This document shows, piece after piece, positions 10,027 through 22,089 of a DNA stretch of 64,000 nt. Within the stretch, counting starts at the first letter, position 1; each line of letters starts with the position of its first letter. A program made the translations under genes and the position numbers. The stretch is from Octopus sinensis (taxonomy: Eukaryota). The DNA lies in the NCBI RefSeq assembly GCF_006345805.1, contig NC_043017.1, positions 27,218,001 through 27,282,000 on the forward strand, read 5' to 3'. The notes under the pieces are model-generated. The model ran no database searches. It was not told the DNA's origin and saw only the letters and a list, made by a program, of their open reading frames with translations.

Positions 10027-11222
10027 CAGGGGTTGCACAAAATGATGGAAACACCTAACATCATAGCATGATAATTCTGAAATATATATAAAATCGTCAA
10101 ATGCTTGTTTATTTTTATGTTTTTTTTTTTATATTTATTATTAGTCTTGCTTAATATGATTTGCCAAAATTGCATCAGAAAACGGTAATTAAAAATCATT
10201 GAAATGATGTCAAATTTGACCTCTTTCAAACAGATCAAATTGTTGGTAATCGTACGGCAGGCGCTAGCGTAATAAAAATAGACGAAATGCTTGGTGTATC
10301 AAGAAGTGCTGTCTCAAATGTAATGGCAGCCTTTGAGAAAGAGAGAAAGACCTTCTCTTCGAAACAAAATTCCGGAAGAAAACCAAAACTTTCAAGTTTG
10401 GACCGTCAGATACTTACGCGAATAGATTACCGACCACCTCGAGAACCCAGTATCAACAAAAATTCTTCGCCGGGAGCTGCAGAAAGCCGGATTTCACGGG
10501 AGGACTGCAATCAGAAAACCACTGCTTTCAAAAACAAACGTTGTAAAGCGTTTAGAGTGGAGTAGAAACCTACGGAAATGGTCCCCAGAGCAGTGGAAGT
10601 ATGTTAGTTACCTTATTTCCGACAACCGGCCGAGTATCGGTGTGGACACAGCCAAAAGAATCATTTGACCCAGACTGCCTTCTTCCAGCAGTTAAATATT
10701 GAAGAAGATCTGTAATGACGTGGTGCTATATCATGGAAATCCGCGGGTCCACTGGTTTTCCTTCATGACAGAATTAATAATCAAGACTATTTAATCATTT
10801 TGTCTGATCAAATTAATCCTCTGGTTACGGAACTGTTTCTGGAGGGAAACGCAATCTTTCAAGATGATAATACACCAATTCAAACAGCTAAAGTTGTTAA
10901 TTAAGGGCATGGGGAATATTCCAGTGAAGTTAAACATCTTATCTGGCCACCACAGTCCCCAGATCTCAATATTATCGAACATTTATGGCGCATATTAGAA
11001 AAACAATTAAGGAGTCGCTATCCTCCATCATCATCACTACAGGTACTGGAGACAGTTTTAGCTGAAGATTCGACAAAAATTCCTTTGGAAAAAGGTCTAA
11101 GTGTGTACGTGTCCATACGTCGTAGAATTCAAGATGTAATTACTGCTAAAGGCGGTCCCACTCCATATTAATATATAATTGTTTGACATTTCAGGTGTTT
11201 CCATTATTTTGTCCAACACATG
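10027..11222 (+). mobile_element. Defective Tc1/mariner transposon with DD36E catalytic spacing
   Basis: 30-bp TIRs (26/30) caggggttgcacaaaatgatggaaacacct; transposase remnants LGVSRSAVS..SGRKPKLS, FQDDNTPIQT..WPPQSPDLNIIEHLW..AKGGPTPY*. D at 10866-68, E at 10977-79 (36 codons between). In-frame stop at 10902; first-D region deleted. Confidence 0.95.
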
Positions 11223-11289
11223 TATATGTATGTGTATATATATATATTATATATATATATATATTATATATATATATATATATATATTT

Positions 11290-11590
11290 GAGTAGTTGAA
11301 TGAATTATCTTATTATGGATAATTCGGTTAACCGATACCTGGGTAGCAAATTCACGTCAGAAAAACACGGTTGAAGCTACATTATCGCTATGGGCTCCGT
11401 GTGGGCAGTCATCTGAAAGTTTTTCTGCATCTTGATGCTGACATAATTTCCTTGTTTTTCCTGATGAGAAGTCGGCATAATGCACCCCTTATTCCTTCGA
11501 AATAAGGAGTATGCAGCCTTCGAAACATATGTCGAGAATAAAGGAATTTTGTTAATTCGTCGTTCAACTCCATTCTTTCATTTATTTGTA
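11290..11590 (+). mobile_element. About 300-bp (TA)n-flanked element carrying a hammerhead ribozyme (Penelope-like/retrozyme-like)
   Basis: Non-repetitive island bounded by TA tracts on both sides and containing the ribozyme below. Confidence 0.6.
11448..11546 (+). ncRNA. Type I hammerhead ribozyme, apparently intact
   Basis: Stem I UUUUC/GAGAA plus UUCCUU/AAGGAA across an internal loop; CUGAUGA 11461-67; stem II GAAG/CUUC; GAAAC 11522-26; AUAU loop; GUC 11531-33. Confidence 0.85.
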
Positions 11591-11596
11591 TAATAT

Positions 11597-11646
<50 letters not shown>

Positions 11647-12095
11647 TTGCTCGTCATCCGTCTGGAATAGCATAGCTATTTTCTTTATTATAGGCACAAT
11701 GGCTTGATTATATAGAGGGGACATAACAAGACAAACGGGAACATAAAACAAATGATGTATGATTGATGGAATGATTAACAAATAATGATAATGAGACGGT
11801 TTGACTTACTTCCGCTGCGAAACGAACCGTGAACTTTTCACATTAATTCTCAATACCATCGGTTTTCACTGTGAGGCGAAACCACGATGGTCTTCGTTAG
11901 TCTTTTTATTTTCCTTTTCTATCTTATTTTTTTTTCAAGCATTACATTTTTTCCTTTTGTTTTTACAATTTCAAAAACAAATAACGTAAGTTCAATTCTC
12001 AGTTCATTTGCCGTTCAATTCACATTGTTTTTTAAACATTAGTTGCGTTACACTCGTAATTATACCTACCGTCTACGCTTATTTCACCACACTTA

Positions 12096-12495
12096 TCTTT
12101 ATATATAAAAGTAAGGTTGTGTGCTGTCTGTCTCCTACGATTTAGACTCCTAACTACTCCCACACTTTGCGGTGCAGTTTAACCAAAACCGGGTATCTTA
12201 TAGTCGTGATTCATATCGGCCCTTCTGGGTATTAGCGCGCGTCTACGATGAGTCTACGATTTAAAAAAAAAATTACCATCATTTTTTTCCATTTTAATGC
12301 ATTTTTTTTGCTATTATATAAGGGAAGTAACTCTCTAAAAATGTATTATTAAATCTCAGAACGTAAAAAGCTACAATAACACCCCTCCTTTGTGGTTAGC
12401 CATATTGAGATGGCTATTATACTTTACATCTCTAAAAATACTTACATAGTTTTTTTTCCCTTACAAACCCGAGCAACGCCGGGCGATACTGCTAG
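12096..12495 (+). mobile_element. Non-autonomous Helitron (400 bp)
   Basis: A|TC start, subterminal hairpin cccgagcaacgccggg, CTAG|T end, no TSD; copies at 44481 and 52020. Confidence 0.9.
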
Positions 12496-13419
12496 TTCTT
12501 TATACGACATTTCTTCTTCCTTTCGTTCTCTTTCTTTCCTTGTGTTTTGCTTCTCGAGTCTACCGCTTCGTTCACATCTTCCTCCGTTTGTGTATCTGTA
12601 ATTTCTCCCGGCTGCAAAGACGTCTCTTCCATCAGTTCTTCTTTATCTTTGATCTTAAACAACTCTAGATGTTCTCGCTCTGTTTCGTCTTCGTTTTGCA
12701 GTTCCATCGCTCTCTCTATCTCTTCTATTGTTCGTTCCTCAGTGTTACAGTTCTGATATGTTATATTCTCTTCCATTCTTCTACTCTGCCATTCCTCTAC
12801 TATTTTCTAAAGTTGGCGACTTTTTACGTTCTCTCTTCCTGCTCTTCACCATATTCGTTCTGTTATTGTTCTCCTTCTACTCTTCATCTGCTGCTTTTTT
12901 TTTCCACCGTTGTTTCCAACCTTTTCTCTGCTTCTGTATTCGAGGATTTCCTTCGTTATGCCCCCTCATTCCACACAAGTAGCATTCTGGGGGCCTTCCC
13001 TGCAGCACAATATCAAACTTTTCACAGGTCGGTAATTCTACCGTTTCCCGTATTTCCTCATAGTATTCTGAGGTTATGCCGCAAACTGCTTCAATTTCAT
13101 AAGCCCAAATATTCAAACGTTGTGTTTTGGTCACTGTTGGTACGTTCACCTTTTTTTTTCCTGTCTTCAAATTCTCTCCGAAGATTTCCATTATTACCCA
13201 TTCGGGCTCTATTATGGGTGGGATTCTTCCAACTCTAAATTTCAGCAACGTTTTACCGGGTTTGTCGGGTATGAGAGTCTACCTGTTTCCTCCTATCACT
13301 TGGTCGTTCATCTTTGCCGCCTCCATATTTTCAAATATAACATTTACCGTGACGTATTGGCTTCCTCTATTTATGAAAACCACTCTATCCATACAACACG
13401 ATACCATTGCTTCTATTTG

Positions 13420-13724
13420 GGATCTTTTCCTTTTGAACGGCAGTTTTCCACACAATTTCTAGTTAACTAAACATTTATAATCTTCGTATACTGGTAGAAT
13501 GTTGTGTGTTTTAGACGCAGCAAATGATTTTAGCTCAATAGAGGCCATTGATTGGTTAAAATTAGAAAAATTAAACTACATTACACAAACAAATTACAAT
13601 TTTCCTAATAAATCCAAGAGAAAAAAATGTTTTATTTTGACACATTCTACCAGTATACGAAGTTTAAAAGTGTTTAGTTAGCTAGAAATTGTGTTAAAAA
13701 CTGCCGTTCAAAAGGAAAAGATCC
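13420..13724. mobile_element. GGATC-ended MITE (305 bp, about 85-bp TIRs), perfect 8-bp TSD tctatttg; Merlin-like
   Basis: TSD at 13412-13419 and 13725-13732; TIR ggatcttttccttttgaacggcagtttt... Confidence 0.95.
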
Positions 13725-14284
13725 TCTATTTGAAATTCAGATGCTATTTCAATCCTCCTGGATTCGATGGAAAATGTTCTGTATATTACTGGTAAATTCC
13801 TTAACAATTTCTTTTTCTCCTCCGACATTACAAGCTTCACATTCGTTGCTTCTCTTTGTACTTTACTCATGTATCTCTTCATGTTTTTCAGGATCCCAAT
13901 TCAACGACTTCGGTGTTAGGCTTCTTAATTCCACCTTTTCCGGGTCTTCCGCTGTCGCTTCCGTGAAGCACTTCATTTCTAATTTCTCCTTTACCGAGAA
14001 ACGCCGGTGTCGCATGCAAATTCGTTTAGCTTCTCTCAAAGAACAACAAAAATCTGGAGTACCGTGGCCTGTTAGCTGCAGATGCCAGTCTATACCTTGT
14101 AAACAAATATAATTCCAGTGAAATAAATCCACTGATCACAAAAAATAGAAATATTAAATTTCTAAATATCTCAGAGAGATATGAGCTGTGGTGGTACGAT
14201 AGAGCAGTTGTAAACTGTCACCTTAACGTGACAGTCCCATAAAGGAAATCACACTACTGCATATATATGTTGACCGATATATGT

Positions 14285-14316
<32 letters not shown>

Positions 14317-14317
14317 G

Positions 14318-14368
<51 letters not shown>

Positions 14369-14379
14369 CATTTTATATA

Positions 14380-14779
14380 TACTCTTTACTCTTTACTCTT
14401 TTACTTGTTTCAGTCATTTGACTGCGGCCATGCTGGAGCACCGCCTTTAGTAGAGCAAATCGACCCCGGGACTTATTCTTTGTAAGCCCAGTACGTATTC
14501 TATCGGTCTCTTTTGCCGAACCGCTAAGTGACGGGGACATAAACACACCAACATCGGTTGTCAAGAGATGCTAGCGGGACAAACACACACATGTACACAT
14601 ATATATTATTATATATACGACAGGCTTCTTTCAGTTTCCGTCAACCAAATCCACTCACAGGCATTGGTCGGCCCGGGGCTATAGCAGAAGACACTTGCGC
14701 ATGATGCCACGCAGTGGGACTGAACCCGGAACCATGTGGTTGGTTAGCAAGCTACTTAGCACACAGTCACTCCTGTGTC
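14380..14779 (-). mobile_element. SINE-AB full copy (tRNA/CORE-like head + microsatellite + tail ending aagtaaaagagtaaagagta)
   Basis: High identity to other copies in the window. Confidence 0.95.
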
Positions 14780-14801
14780 TATATGTATATATATGTGTGT
14801 G

Positions 14802-14846
<45 letters not shown>

Positions 14847-15119
14847 TATATATATACATATTCATACTCTGTGAGTTGCTTAGTAACTAACTAAATGAAC
14901 GCCGTTTTAACACGCTTTCATAGTCATGTAAGAACCATCACATGTATAACAATTTCAAGTGCTTGAACTGTACATGTAACGTCACAGGATGCACGTAAAG
15001 CTGTGAGCACAGGGATACGTGAACTATGAACCAACAAATATTTTAGTTAGACCTGCTGTACAAACAAAGCGCTTCCATTTTCTTTTCTAGTAATATATTT
15101 AACACATATGCTTTTGTTT

Positions 15120-15519
15120 ACTCTCTTTTACTCTTTTAATTGTTTCAGTCATTTGGCTGCGGCCATGTTGCAGCACCGCCTTTAGTCGAGCAAATCGACC
15201 CCGGGACTTATTCTTTGTAAGCCCAGTACTTATTATTTCGGTCTTTTTTGCCGAACCCCTAAGTGACGAGGACGTAAACACACCAGCATCGGTTGTCAAG
15301 CAATGCTAGGGGGACAAACACAGACACACACACATATATATATATACACATATATACGACAGGCTTCTTTCAGTTTCCGTCTACCAAATCCACTCACAAG
15401 GCATTGGCCGGCCCGAGGCTATAGCAGAAGACACTTGCCCAAGATGCCACGCAGTGGGACTGAACCCGGAACTATGTGGTTGATTAGCAAGCTACTTACC
15501 ACACAGCCACTCCTGCGCC
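15120..15519 (-). mobile_element. SINE-AB full copy
   Basis: Same head, microsatellite and tail modules. Confidence 0.95.
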
Positions 15520-15917
15520 TATATGTCTTGAATATTTTTCAACCAGAAACTAACCATTTCAAAATTTGCACCTTGAGCATCCGGATATTTGACTGTCTAG
15601 TAATTCTTGGATCTAATGTAATTCTATGCAGCTATACTTGATGCAAATAATTATATGTTTCTGCCTAACCCTCGTTATAATATTCTATTATATTATCATA
15701 AATCTACTTACGTCTGATTTGAAATCGTTTCTCCGAATATACAGAAGAGAAATTAAAAACAAATATATCATACGTTTTGCCAGTTATAATACTCACGCAA
15801 ACATACACGTTACAATACCAAATACATAGCATATATATATATATATATGCAATTATATTTCTACGTACTTATGGTGGTATTTATATCTATATATATATAT
15901 ATATATATATATCTAAG

Positions 15918-15958
<41 letters not shown>

Positions 15959-15960
15959 AA

Positions 15961-15989
<29 letters not shown>

Positions 15990-15996
<7 letters not shown>

Positions 15997-16485
15997 AAGG
16001 ATGTATATATATATATATATATAATATATATATATATATGTATATATATATGAATGAATGCGTTCATATATAGAATTTCAAAGGATTATGTGGAAAATTA
16101 CTTAATATCTCCTCCAGGGACGAAAGTACATTTAAATTTCCCCTAGTATATACAGGAATTAATTTTGCATATGTTTCATGCTTGATAGTTTCTGCAAAAA
16201 TGTCATATCTCTGTTTATAATGTACTGTTGTTGTTACGCATGGCTCGTTTTACTTCGTAGAATAATTTTCGTTAACGTGTTCAACGCGCACGTTTACGCA
16301 TACCTACCTGGTATTTCGGTATAACTACATATACATTCGAGTTAATGCACAGGCACTTAACCACACTCATACTCTCATACATATATATATTTGACACATT
16401 TATTTTCATGCAAATATGTAGTGTGTATGTATGTATGTCTGTATATATGTATGTACAAATGTATGCATTTCTCTATCTATATATT

Positions 16486-16542
<57 letters not shown>

Positions 16543-16663
16543 TATATATATATATACACACACATATATATATATATTTGAGCATTTTGTGTTTCTGTCA
16601 AGAAGAACTCTATTATTAAAACCTGAAGAATTGTAATTTTCTATAGTTTATCGGTCATCATTA

Positions 16664-16739
<76 letters not shown>

Positions 16740-16742
16740 AAG

Positions 16743-16792
<50 letters not shown>

Positions 16793-17237
16793 TGAATGCG
16801 TTCATATATAGAATTTCAAAGGATTATGTGGAAAATTACTTAATATCTCCTCCAGGGACGAAAGTACATTTAAATTTCCCCTAGTATATACAGGAATTAA
16901 TTTTGCATATGTTTCATGCTTGATAGTTTCTGCAAAAATGTCATATCTCTGTTTATAATGTACTGTTGTTGTTACGCATGGCTCCGTTTTACTTCGTAGA
17001 ATAATTTTCGTTAACGTGTTCAACGCGCACGTTTACGCATACCTACCTGGTATTTCGGTATAACTACATATACATTCGAGTTAATGCACAGGCACTTAAC
17101 CACACTCATACTCTCATACATATATATATTTGACACATTATTTTTTCATGCAAATATGTAGTGTGTATGTATGTATGTCTGTATATATGTATGTACAAAT
17201 GTATGCATTTCTCTATCTATATATGTATATATATATA

Positions 17238-17290
<53 letters not shown>

Positions 17291-17411
17291 TACATTCATA
17301 TATACACACACATTATATATATATTTGAGCAATTTTGTGTTTCTGTCAAGAAGAACTCTATTATTAAAACCTGAAGAATTGTAATTTTCTATAGTTTATC
17401 GGTCATCATTA

Positions 17412-17420
<9 letters not shown>
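15990..17420. repeat. Near-identical tandem duplication of about 740 bp with (TA)n breakpoints (unique cores 16051-16670 and 16789-17418)
   Basis: Copies differ mainly by homopolymer or microsatellite indels. Confidence 0.9.
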
Positions 17421-17455
<35 letters not shown>

Positions 17456-17663
17456 GATATAACATACAATATATACATGCATATACATTAATATATATAT
17501 AATATATACATGCATATACATTATATCTATATATATATATATATATATTATACATGCATACATTATATAATATATACATGCATATACATTATATATATAT
17601 ATAATATACAATTATACATGCATATACATTAATATAATACACAATATATACATGCATATACAT

Positions 17664-17701
<38 letters not shown>

Positions 17702-18523
17702 TGTGTGTATATACGCTTATATAACTGTATTAGAATAGAAGAACGGGTAGGCAGGAATGGAGAATGTCACTGTGACACAAAACATGTTATACGCATGACA
17801 TTCATCATAATATAAAAGAAAATACAAGTGATAGATAGTGACATCACTCTACAGAAACAGAGGATGAAAACAATGGATGGGGGAATATGTGCTAGAGAGA
17901 GAAATTGCGAGGGAAGGAGCAGATAATGAGATATAATCTTCAATCATTTTTCAAGCGCTTATATATTTATATATACTTTTTTTTTATTTTACATTTAATA
18001 TTCCTCCATATTGTAACGTAACACAGATGGTGATATCTATTTGTATTGTATTTATAAATATATTTTTTTTCTATATTTTTGGTTATGGCTGTTATCATTT
18101 GGCTTCTATACCTTAATAAAAAGCGTTGCTTACGTCCTGTATAAATCGAGCGATTTCAATAAGGCTAGCTTTCTTTATATCATGATTTAGATTGCTGTGT
18201 CCGTTTGAGGCAGAGTTTAAAAAAAAAAATGCTTTAGGCGAAGTCTTTTCGAATCCATTGAGGCATTATGTAAAAAAAAAAATGAAAATAATTCTTTAAA
18301 ATATCAACAATCAAGGCAAGATTGTGTTGATAAAAATTATTCGCCTGCGGGGTTCAAAAGAAATAAAAAGTATGTATTTTCATTCAGTTTTCCTTGTTGA
18401 TTTGTAGATCGACTATTGATGCTCTAGTTAATATATCCATATTTGCTTGTGTCCGTGAGCGGACATGTATATATATATATATATATAATATATATATATA
18501 TGTGTGTGTGTGTGTGTTTCTGT

Positions 18524-18565
<42 letters not shown>

Positions 18566-18640
18566 GTAGTAATATATGTTTGTGTATATATGTATATATA
18601 TATATATATATGTATGTTATATAATATATGTGTGTATGTA

Positions 18641-18673
<33 letters not shown>

Positions 18674-19299
18674 AATATATATGTGTGTGTGTGTGTCTGT
18701 ATGTATATGTGTATATACACAAACATATTATTATCACATCTATTTCCATGTTTTCATTCGCCCATAGTTGACGACTTTGTTCTCCCATATTTATAGGCCC
18801 GTTCTCTCCAACACTAAAGCTTGTTTAGACTATATCATAATTCTCCTGTATATTGTTGTAGCAACTATAATTGCGGCCGGCACGACTAATGTTTTCAGTA
18901 TCCTTTATTTTTTTTCTTCCCCCGATAAAAACTAAATGTTATCGTTTTTGAAATTCATGTTGTGTTCCTCTTTGTCATCGATTTCCATGGATTTTTGACT
19001 GTGATTTTATATGCCGAATATTCGAATTGTATACATATTGTTTCTGAGTACCAAATACTCACTGAAATGTAATGCTTTGTCTACCAAACCATTCTAGGCG
19101 CATTTGAACCTTCCGTTAACCTGTGTTTTCTTTTTGTTTTTTTGTTTTGTTTTTATACTACTTAACCAGTTCATTGAAGTATTGAAACGTTTGCTGCCGA
19201 TTCGCATACACACACTAACACACAATCACACAGACAAATGTACGTATGTATGCATACACACACACATATACATACATACATACATACATATATACATAT

Positions 19300-19346
19300 A
19301 TATATATATTACACATATACATATATCAATATAAATATATAATCGT

Positions 19347-19394
<48 letters not shown>

Positions 19395-19560
19395 TATATC
19401 AATATAAATATAAATTCGTATATATATATTATATATAATATATACACATATCATATATCAATATAAATATAAATTCGTATATATATATATATATATTATA
19501 TCTATATATAACATATACATATATCAATATAAATATATATTCGTATATATATATTATATA
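19300..19560. repeat. TA-rich minisatellite, about 4 units of cacatatacatatatcaatataaatata..tcgtatata
   Basis: Directly visible. Confidence 0.8.
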
Positions 19561-20225
19561 TATATATATAGTGAGATACACATACAGTACCTATACTCAT
19601 ATATGTTTATGCATATTATATATATACATAAATAAGTATGTGTGTACATACGTATGTATAATATATATATATATATCAAAAATTAAGATAAACTCCAGCT
19701 GTATAAAGATAAATAGTGCTGTTTATCTGAATTTCTAGTGAATATATTTTGTGTATCATACCTATTAATACCAAGTACATTAGTTGCCAAAACATTAAAT
19801 TGAAAGCCGGCTGAATATTGATATATTCCGTAAAGCTTCAATTTATATACTTTTGTCTTTCCTCAAACTGTACATATTCATACGCACACATCCAAATATA
19901 ATTTCACACACACACACACACACACATACACACACACACATTCGCGCGCGCACAAACACAGCCACAGATATATAAATAAATATACAAATATCTTTCTGGA
20001 TTTATAAAATCATAAGGGCGTTTTCTAGAGTTCTGAGACTTATATATCGCCACTTCACTTCAAGCGGTTCATTGAAGAATTACTGCATTACTTAATGGAC
20101 TGGTTTAACATGAAATGGAATATGCTGCTCAAGAGTAATCGCCATAATCCTTCCAGATTTCGAAACCATAATACTATGAGCATTTGTGTAACGTATTAAC
20201 GACTAAGCCACCTGCCTTCTGATGT

Positions 20226-20300
20226 GGACGCTTCTGATGAGAACCCAGTAAGGTTCGAAACTGGATTAAATTTGTTCGTCATTTTGTCAGTCTGCAGAGC
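20226..20300 (+). ncRNA. Hammerhead-like core (stems I/III incomplete)
   Basis: CUGAUGA 20234-40, GAACC-cagtaa-GGUUC, GAAAC 20257-61; possible CUG/CAG stem III with GUC at 20290-92; stem I out of register. Confidence 0.4.
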
Positions 20301-20360
20301 ATTGGCTAAAAATTGCCGTTTATAATTGTACCACATGTTACATAAATAAATACATACATA

Positions 20361-20750
20361 GGCGCAGGAGTGGCTGTGTGGTAAGTAGCTTGCTAACCAG
20401 CCACATGGTTCCGGGTTCAGTCCCACTGCGTGGCATCTTGCGCAAGTGTCTTCTTCTATAGCCCCGGGCCGACCAATGCTTTGTGAGTGGATTTGGTAGA
20501 CGGAAACTGAAAGAAGCCTGTCGTATATATGTATGTGTGTGTGTGTTTGTGTGTCTGTGTTTGTCCCCCTAGCATTGCTTGACAACCGATGCTGGTGTGT
20601 TTACGTCCCCGTCACTTAGCGGTTCGGCAAAAGAGACCGATAGAATACGTACTGGGCTTACAAATAGTAAGTCCCGGTTCGATTTGCTCGACTAAAGGCG
20701 GTGATCCAGCATGGCCGCAGTCAAATGACTGAAACAAGTAAAAGAGTAAA
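20361..20750 (+). mobile_element. SINE-AB full copy
   Basis: Same modules. Confidence 0.95.
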
Positions 20751-20899
20751 CAGTATAATTACATAAATACATACATACATGCATGCACACATACATACAA
20801 CACATACATACGCAGCAGACTTGGAAGGAACCCCCTTGGGGAGGGAATTCCTTGTCTGATAACCTTAAATATCTGCGCAAAGAAGTCGCACCAGGTTGC

Positions 20900-21290
20900 C
20901 GCAACGTATTATGTGAGGAAAATATGAACGTGTATAAAGAGAAGTCCATGCATGGATACTTTAGCGGAAATCTCCGATATGATAATAGCATTGATCACCT
21001 AAGCAACTGGATTCCCCACGTTGAAGGTTATGAGTCTGCAATCCAGGAACAGGAAATATCAACAAAAAACTTGATGTACCAAAGAGACAGATGCAGGAAG
21101 AGAAGTAAAATGGAACAACAGTTACATTCATGACAACAGAATTAAACACCAGTCCTAGGTCAGATGTGCCTACATACATATTTTGTCCTTTATCTGGTCA
21201 ACAGATGGTGGACATCAGGCTACTATAATTGAACAGCACGTTCTATGAAGATAACGTTCGTACAATGCTTCCATACAACACTGTAAGTCT
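20900..21290 (+). pseudogene. R4/Dong-type ORF fragment (region preceding the C-terminal zinc knuckle)
   Basis: YKEKSMHGYF..IDHLSNW..VEGYESAIQEQEISTKNL..RCR resembles R4/Dong KxLHG..EGxIxAIQ(D/E)Q motifs. Confidence 0.65.
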
Positions 21291-21300
21291 CTCTCTTTAT

Positions 21301-21699
21301 AGTCATTTGACTGCGGCCATGCTGGAGCACCGCCTTTAGTCGAGCAAATCGACCCCGGGACTTATTCTTTGTAAGCCCAGTACTTATTCTATCGGTCTCT
21401 TTTGCCGAACCACTAAGTGACGGGGACGTAAACACATCAGCATCGGTTGTCAAGCAATGCTAGGGTACAGACACAGACACACAAACACATACGCACATAC
21501 ATACATATATATATATATGTATATACACACACATATATACGACAGGCCTCTTTCAGTTTCCGTCTACATCCACTCACAAGGCATTGGTCGGCCCGGGGCT
21601 ATAGCAGAAGACACATGCCCGAGATGCCACGCAGTGGGACTGAACCCGGAACCATGTGGTTGGTTAGCAAGCTACTTACTACACAGCCACTCCTGCGCC
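21301..21699 (-). mobile_element. SINE-AB copy, tail tip missing
   Basis: Same modules; convergent with 20361-20750. Confidence 0.95.
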
Positions 21700-22089
21700 T
21701 AAGTCTGTATCTGTATTTAAAGACTTGCGTATACAAGACATTACGCAGATACAGGCATGCGTCATTGGTGTTATTCTCTCTCTTTCTTTCTCATAAACTT
21801 TCACTTCCTTCCTTCCTCTTTCGAATTCATCCTCTCCTTACATGCCCTATTACGAAAAAAACTAAGCGAAGTTTCTTTTTTTCTTTTTTTTTTCGTTTTC
21901 CTCCATTTTTCATTTACTTGCCTGTGGCACTACACAAACCACCACAACCGAGAGAGAAAGACACAAACGAACGATATCCAAGCGTGACGCCCCAGGCAGA
22001 AACAACACGACTATTGTAAATATAACAACTGATGTGATTTTTCCAGCGAACAAAATCAAATTATTGGTTTCATCCATCCTGTTGTTGTT

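Larger units (their letters stand above)
12030..14090 (-). pseudogene. L1/Tx1-like LINE ORF1 relic (RRM-like region, Cx2Cx4H zinc knuckle, acidic tail), interrupted by a MITE and a Helitron
   Basis: MKCFTEATAEDPEKVELR..(frameshift)..EFQIE|AMVSCC..KFRVGRIPPIIEPEWV..VLQGRPPECYLCGMRGH..; frame is restored when the MITE plus one TSD is removed. Confidence 0.75.

Noticed and set aside
14373-14564. Recurrent ORFs MTT..VFTSPSLSGSAKETDRISTGLTK.. and ..RQASFSFRLPNPLTRH..
   Set aside because: Chance frames of the SINE-AB consensus, not a gene family.
20361-20430. tRNA-like A and B boxes in SINE heads
   Set aside because: No complete cloverleaf; they continue into SINE bodies, so not tRNA genes.
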